Position numbers and translations under genes: made by a program. Shown one piece after another: positions 60,497 to 64,000 of a stretch of DNA of 64,000 bases (within the stretch, counting starts at the first letter, position 1; every line of letters starts with the position of its first letter). The DNA is from an uncultured delta proteobacterium (GTDB taxonomy: Bacteria; Myxococcota; Myxococcia; Myxococcales; 40CM-4-68-19), in assembly GCA_903911145.1 (NCBI GenBank), contig CAIWCD010000002.1, forward strand, positions 1 to 64,000, in the 5' to 3' direction. The notes beneath the pieces were generated by a model. That model saw only the letters and a program-made list of their open reading frames with translations, had not been told where the DNA came from and searched no databases.

Positions 60497-61189
60497 CTAC
60501 GGCGCCCGACTTAACGTCCGCACCTCGACCCGTCGCGCTCCAGCCGCATAGAGCGCGCGTGCCGCTTCTCCTGCCGTCGCGCCCGTGGTGAGCACGTCAT
60601 CAATGAGACAGACCGAACGGCCCCGGATATTTCCCCGCGCGCGAAAGGCTCCCTGGACATTGCGTGCGCGCGCCAGCCGATCGCGCCCGACCTGCGGCGC
60701 TGTCGGGCGGCCGCGCTCCACCAGATGTTCGACGGGAAGAGAGAATCGTCGACCGGCCTCACGCGCCAGCAGCGCAGCTTGATCATAGCCGCGCTGGATC
60801 TGCCTTCGAGGATGCAACGGCACCGGAGAGAGGACCTCGGCACGCGGCCGTTCGACCGCTTCAAAGAGCACACCCAGAGGACGCGCCAGCTCCTCGCGCT
60901 TCTCGTACTTGAACGCGTGGATCGCCTCTGCCAGCGCGCCTCCGTGAAGAAAGGGCGCACGCGCGAGCACGAACGGCGGCGCCCGATCGCGACAGGCCCC
61001 GCAACGTCGCGGACGCGTCGCAGGGAGGAGTGCTTCATCAAGTGGTGCTCCGCAGACCGTGCAGCCCGCTGGAGCCGCGACCAACGACTCCGCGCACTGC
61101 GCGCAGAACGGCTCGGCGCCGAGAAGTTCACACGCGGCACAGCGCGCAGGAAAGATCAGCTCAAGGATTCGCGAGAGGACCGGGTGCAT
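60497..61189 (-). CDS. comF: ComF family zinc-ribbon / phosphoribosyltransferase protein
   Basis: Four CxxC pairs, PVPLH..R...RGYDQA, LIDDVLTTGAT. Confidence 0.92.
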   Translation of the reverse strand: MHPVLSRILELIFPARCAACELLGAEPFCAQCAESLVAAPAGCTVCGAPLDEALLPATRPRRCGACRDRAPPFVLARAPFLHGGALAEAIHAFKYEKREELARPLGVLFEAVERPRAEVLSPVPLHPRRQIQRGYDQAALLAREAGRRFSLPVEHLVERGRPTAPQVGRDRLARARNVQGAFRARGNIRGRSVCLIDDVLTTGATAGEAARALYAAGARRVEVRTLSRAP

Positions 61190-61202
61190 GCCCACGGACT
61201 TC

Positions 61203-61217
61203 GCAGAGCGCGTGCCA
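61203..61217 (-). promoter_or_regulatory. Sigma54 promoter of comF
   Basis: TGGCACGCGCTCTGC (GG-N10-GC). Confidence 0.65.
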
Positions 61218-61251
61218 ATCGCGCTTCTCTCTGCGCGACGGCGTGCCGGGG

Positions 61252-61308
61252 GTATCAAAATGAAACCCTCAGCGACTCAAAATGAGACCCTGCGGTCCAG
61301 AATGCGAC
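61252..61308. promoter_or_regulatory. Three tandem putative enhancer-binding-protein sites
   Basis: GTATCAAAATGAAAC, GACTCAAAATGAGAC and GGTCCAGAATGCGAC at 22- and 20-bp spacing. Confidence 0.6.
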
Positions 61309-61379
61309 CGCTCGTCGCGGCCGCGAGCGGCAGGCACGCAAGCGTTTCCTCGAGCAGTGTGCTGAAATGCGCGCGACGC

Positions 61380-61394
61380 TGGCGCACCCTTTGC
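61380..61394 (+). promoter_or_regulatory. Sigma54 promoter of the alpha-2-macroglobulin gene
   Basis: TGGCGCACCCTTTGC(T) (GG-N10-GC). Confidence 0.6.
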
Positions 61395-61441
61395 TCAACT
61401 CCCCAAGTCCAGCTCGTCGAACCACTGGAGGTTCCGTCATC

Positions 61442-64000
61442 ATGAAGCGCCTTGCTCTTGCGCTCCCGCTCATTGCGGCCGCCGTTGCTTGCCATTCTTC
61501 GCAGGACAAATCCGCCGCGACGAAGTCCCGCGCGGTCGGCATCGATCGCAAACTCGAGGCGCCGCCGCCTCCGCCGGATGTGCTCGCAACAGGCCCGGCC
61601 GCGGGCATGCCTGACGCCGCGCTGACCGTCATCGTCGCGCGCCCCAAGGGAGAGCTGGAAGGACTCAATCGCCCCTCGATCACGTTCAACAAGCCGGTCA
61701 TCTCGCTGGCGACGCTCGATCAAGGCGACGCCGCGAACCCGGCGCGCGGGTTTCTCATCGAGCCGAAGCTTGCGGGAAGCTGGCACTGGCTCGGCAGCAC
61801 GACCGTCGAGTTCGTGCCCGACGCGCAGCTTCCGTACAGCACCACATTCAAGGTCACGGTGCCGCAGGGGCTCGCTGCACTCGACGGCAGCAAGCTGGCA
61901 GCGCCCTATTCGTTCAGTTTCAATACCGTGACGCTGCATCTGCAGAGTTGCGAGACCCAGCCCGAGCCGGGGCTTGGCCAGTGGTCGACGCCGCAACAGC
62001 AGTTTGGCGTGACGCTCAACCAGCCGCTCGCCGATCCTGCGCACGCCTTCTTCTTCACCACCGAGAGCGGCGCGCACATCGACGCGAAGATTGTCCGCTC
62101 GGCCAATCTCGAGGAGGAACAGCGCGCGAAGGAAGCAGCGGAGACCGACCCCGCCAAGCGACGGCATGTCGAACGCGCGTCGACGGATGCGCTCAAGTTC
62201 AAGAACCAGCAGACCCGATACGAGATCCAGCCGGCCTCGGCGCTGCCTGCGGGCAAGCCGTTCTCGCTGGCTCTCGATGTTGCGGCACACGCGAGCCAGG
62301 GCCCGCTGCTCGCAAACGAGGGATGGGAAGGCAAGTTCTCCACCTACGGCGCGATGACCGTCACGCAGATCACGCGCTGCTGGGAAGGAGCGGAGCACTG
62401 CTCGCACGGCCCGATCTGGATCCACGTCACCAACCCGCTCGGCAAGGTCTCCGAGTTGCGCTCGCGACTCCACATCGAACCAGCGGTCACGCTCGACTGG
62501 GATGACCAGGACGAGGATCTTGGCGCGGAGCTCAGCGCGCAGCGAACGCAGGTGCGCATCCCGGCGAGGTGGAAGCCTGGGACGACCTACAAGATCTCAG
62601 TCGATGCCGGAGTCGTGGATCGATTCGGGCAGAAGGCGCCAGCGTTCCTGGGCGACATCTCTCTCGACGATCTCGAACCCTCGATGTTCATCGGACGAGA
62701 CGTCGGACTGCTCGAGGCCTCTGGCGACGGCCAACTTCCTGCGCAGACCACCAATGTCGCGGCACTCAACGCCGACATCTGGCAACTGACTCCGGCGGAG
62801 TGGCTCGCATTGCGCACTTGCGGTGGCCCTGCCTGCAAATGGCCCGCGCGCAAGCCTGATGCATCGCCGCAAACGGCGCTGACCGATCCGAAGAATGAAC
62901 CGCACCTCCACGGAATCGATCTTCGCGCGGCGTTCAAGGACGGACAGAAGACGGGGCTCGCGCTGGTGCGCGCATGGTCGCCCGGAACGGAATCAGAGAA
63001 GGAACCCAATCGCGTGCTGGTGCAGATCACGGATGTGATCGCGCACGCGAAGGTCGGCCTGACGAGCGGCGTGGTCTGGGTAACGTCAGCGCAGACAGGA
63101 ATGCCGCGGCCGGGCGCGCAGGTGGTGGTGATTGGGCGCAACGGCGGGATCGTCGCGCAGGCCACAGCCGATCAGGACGGCCTCGCTTCGCTGCCACCGC
63201 TCGCGCAGCTCGATCCTCGGCCGGTCGACAAGCAGTGGGAGCAGCCGAGCATCCTCATTGCGGCGACGGACCAGGGCGATACGGGCGTCGTGACCACCGT
63301 CTGGAGCGACATCTCGCACGACGTCGAGAGCGCGGCCTTCGATGGCCTCTCTCCGTCGCCGGTGGGCGTTGTCTTCACGGACCGGGGGATCTATCGGCCC
63401 GGAGACACGGTGCACATCAAGGGTGTCCTGCGCAGGCGCGCGAACGCGTCTGCGACGGGACTGGCCACGCCCGCGGGCGCGACCGTCAACGTCGAAATGC
63501 GCGACCCCGATGGAAAGTCGATCCTGAAGAAGACGGTGAAGCTCAACAGATACGGAACCTTCTCATTCGACGCCGCGGTCCCGACCGAGGGTCGCCTCGG
63601 TAGCTACGACGTGGTCGCGGTGCAGCCGGGTGCGTCTGGCGGAGGAAGCTGGGTGGGCTCGTTCAACGTCGCCGAGTACCGAGCGCCCACATTCCGCGTC
63701 GATCTGCTCGCAGGCAAGAGCGCGATCCTCGCCGGCGATCCGCTCGGCGTGAGCATCTCCGCGCGCTACCTGTTTGGCGGCGCGATGAAGGGTGCGAAGG
63801 CCACCTGGAGCATCATGCGCACCAGCTCGGACTTCTCACCGCCGCGCTGCGAGGGCTTCTCGTTCGGCCGCCAGACCTGGGGCTACGATGAGAGCACGCC
63901 CGCGGGAGACAACGGCCTCTTCGCTTCGGGCGACGGAATCATCGACGGACAGGGCAACCTCTCCATCGAGGCAGGCAAGGCCGACGCGCCCGGGGATCGC
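61442..64000 (+). CDS. Bacterial alpha-2-macroglobulin family lipoprotein (3'-truncated by the window; absent from the ORF track)
   Basis: GGAGG RBS, MKRLALALPLIAAAVAC lipobox, ITFNKPV...G.W.W...F.P...LP.ST.F.V.V, FTDRGIYRPGDTVHIKG, VAEYRAPTFRV, ARYLFGG. Confidence 0.88.
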   Translation, partial: MKRLALALPLIAAAVACHSSQDKSAATKSRAVGIDRKLEAPPPPPDVLATGPAAGMPDAALTVIVARPKGELEGLNRPSITFNKPVISLATLDQGDAANPARGFLIEPKLAGSWHWLGSTTVEFVPDAQLPYSTTFKVTVPQGLAALDGSKLAAPYSFSFNTVTLHLQSCETQPEPGLGQWSTPQQQFGVTLNQPLADPAHAFFFTTESGAHIDAKIVRSANLEEEQRAKEAAETDPAKRRHVERASTDALKFKNQQTRYEIQPASALPAGKPFSLALDVAAHASQGPLLANEGWEGKFSTYGAMTVTQITRCWEGAEHCSHGPIWIHVTNPLGKVSELRSRLHIEPAVTLDWDDQDEDLGAELSAQRTQVRIPARWKPGTTYKISVDAGVVDRFGQKAPAFLGDISLDDLEPSMFIGRDVGLLEASGDGQLPAQTTNVAALNADIWQLTPAEWLALRTCGGPACKWPARKPDASPQTALTDPKNEPHLHGIDLRAAFKDGQKTGLALVRAWSPGTESEKEPNRVLVQITDVIAHAKVGLTSGVVWVTSAQTGMPRPGAQVVVIGRNGGIVAQATADQDGLASLPPLAQLDPRPVDKQWEQPSILIAATDQGDTGVVTTVWSDISHDVESAAFDGLSPSPVGVVFTDRGIYRPGDTVHIKGVLRRRANASATGLATPAGATVNVEMRDPDGKSILKKTVKLNRYGTFSFDAAVPTEGRLGSYDVVAVQPGASGGGSWVGSFNVAEYRAPTFRVDLLAGKSAILAGDPLGVSISARYLFGGAMKGAKATWSIMRTSSDFSPPRCEGFSFGRQTWGYDESTPAGDNGLFASGDGIIDGQGNLSIEAGKADAPGDR

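Overview
A high-GC chromosomal window with about 39 CDS. Gene content and a MYXO-CTERM-like tag point to Myxococcota (inference). I saw no rRNA, tRNA, CRISPR array, integrase or transposase. Housekeeping genes include trxB, recQ, radC, ssb, dacB, nagZ, purE, metH, hemW and comF. There is also a MoxR/DUF58/vWA operon, an RND permease, a DUF3857-transglutaminase pair and a partial alpha-2-macroglobulin. Three signals stand out. (1) A ~175-nt structured leader RNA (19626-19800, minus strand) has two hairpins with perfectly complementary 7-nt loops (kissing loop) and a closing stem that buries the ribosome-binding site of an uncharacterised gene. (2) A giant surface protein carries an internal MYXO-CTERM-like anchor followed at once by a second signal peptide and a beta-barrel/OmpA module, resembling a TraA/TraB-type polyprotein. 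(3) Sigma-54 promoters with a shared GTCTC-N5-GAGAC-type upstream site precede radC, comF and the alpha-2-macroglobulin gene. All domain calls come from motif recognition by eye; no database searches were run.
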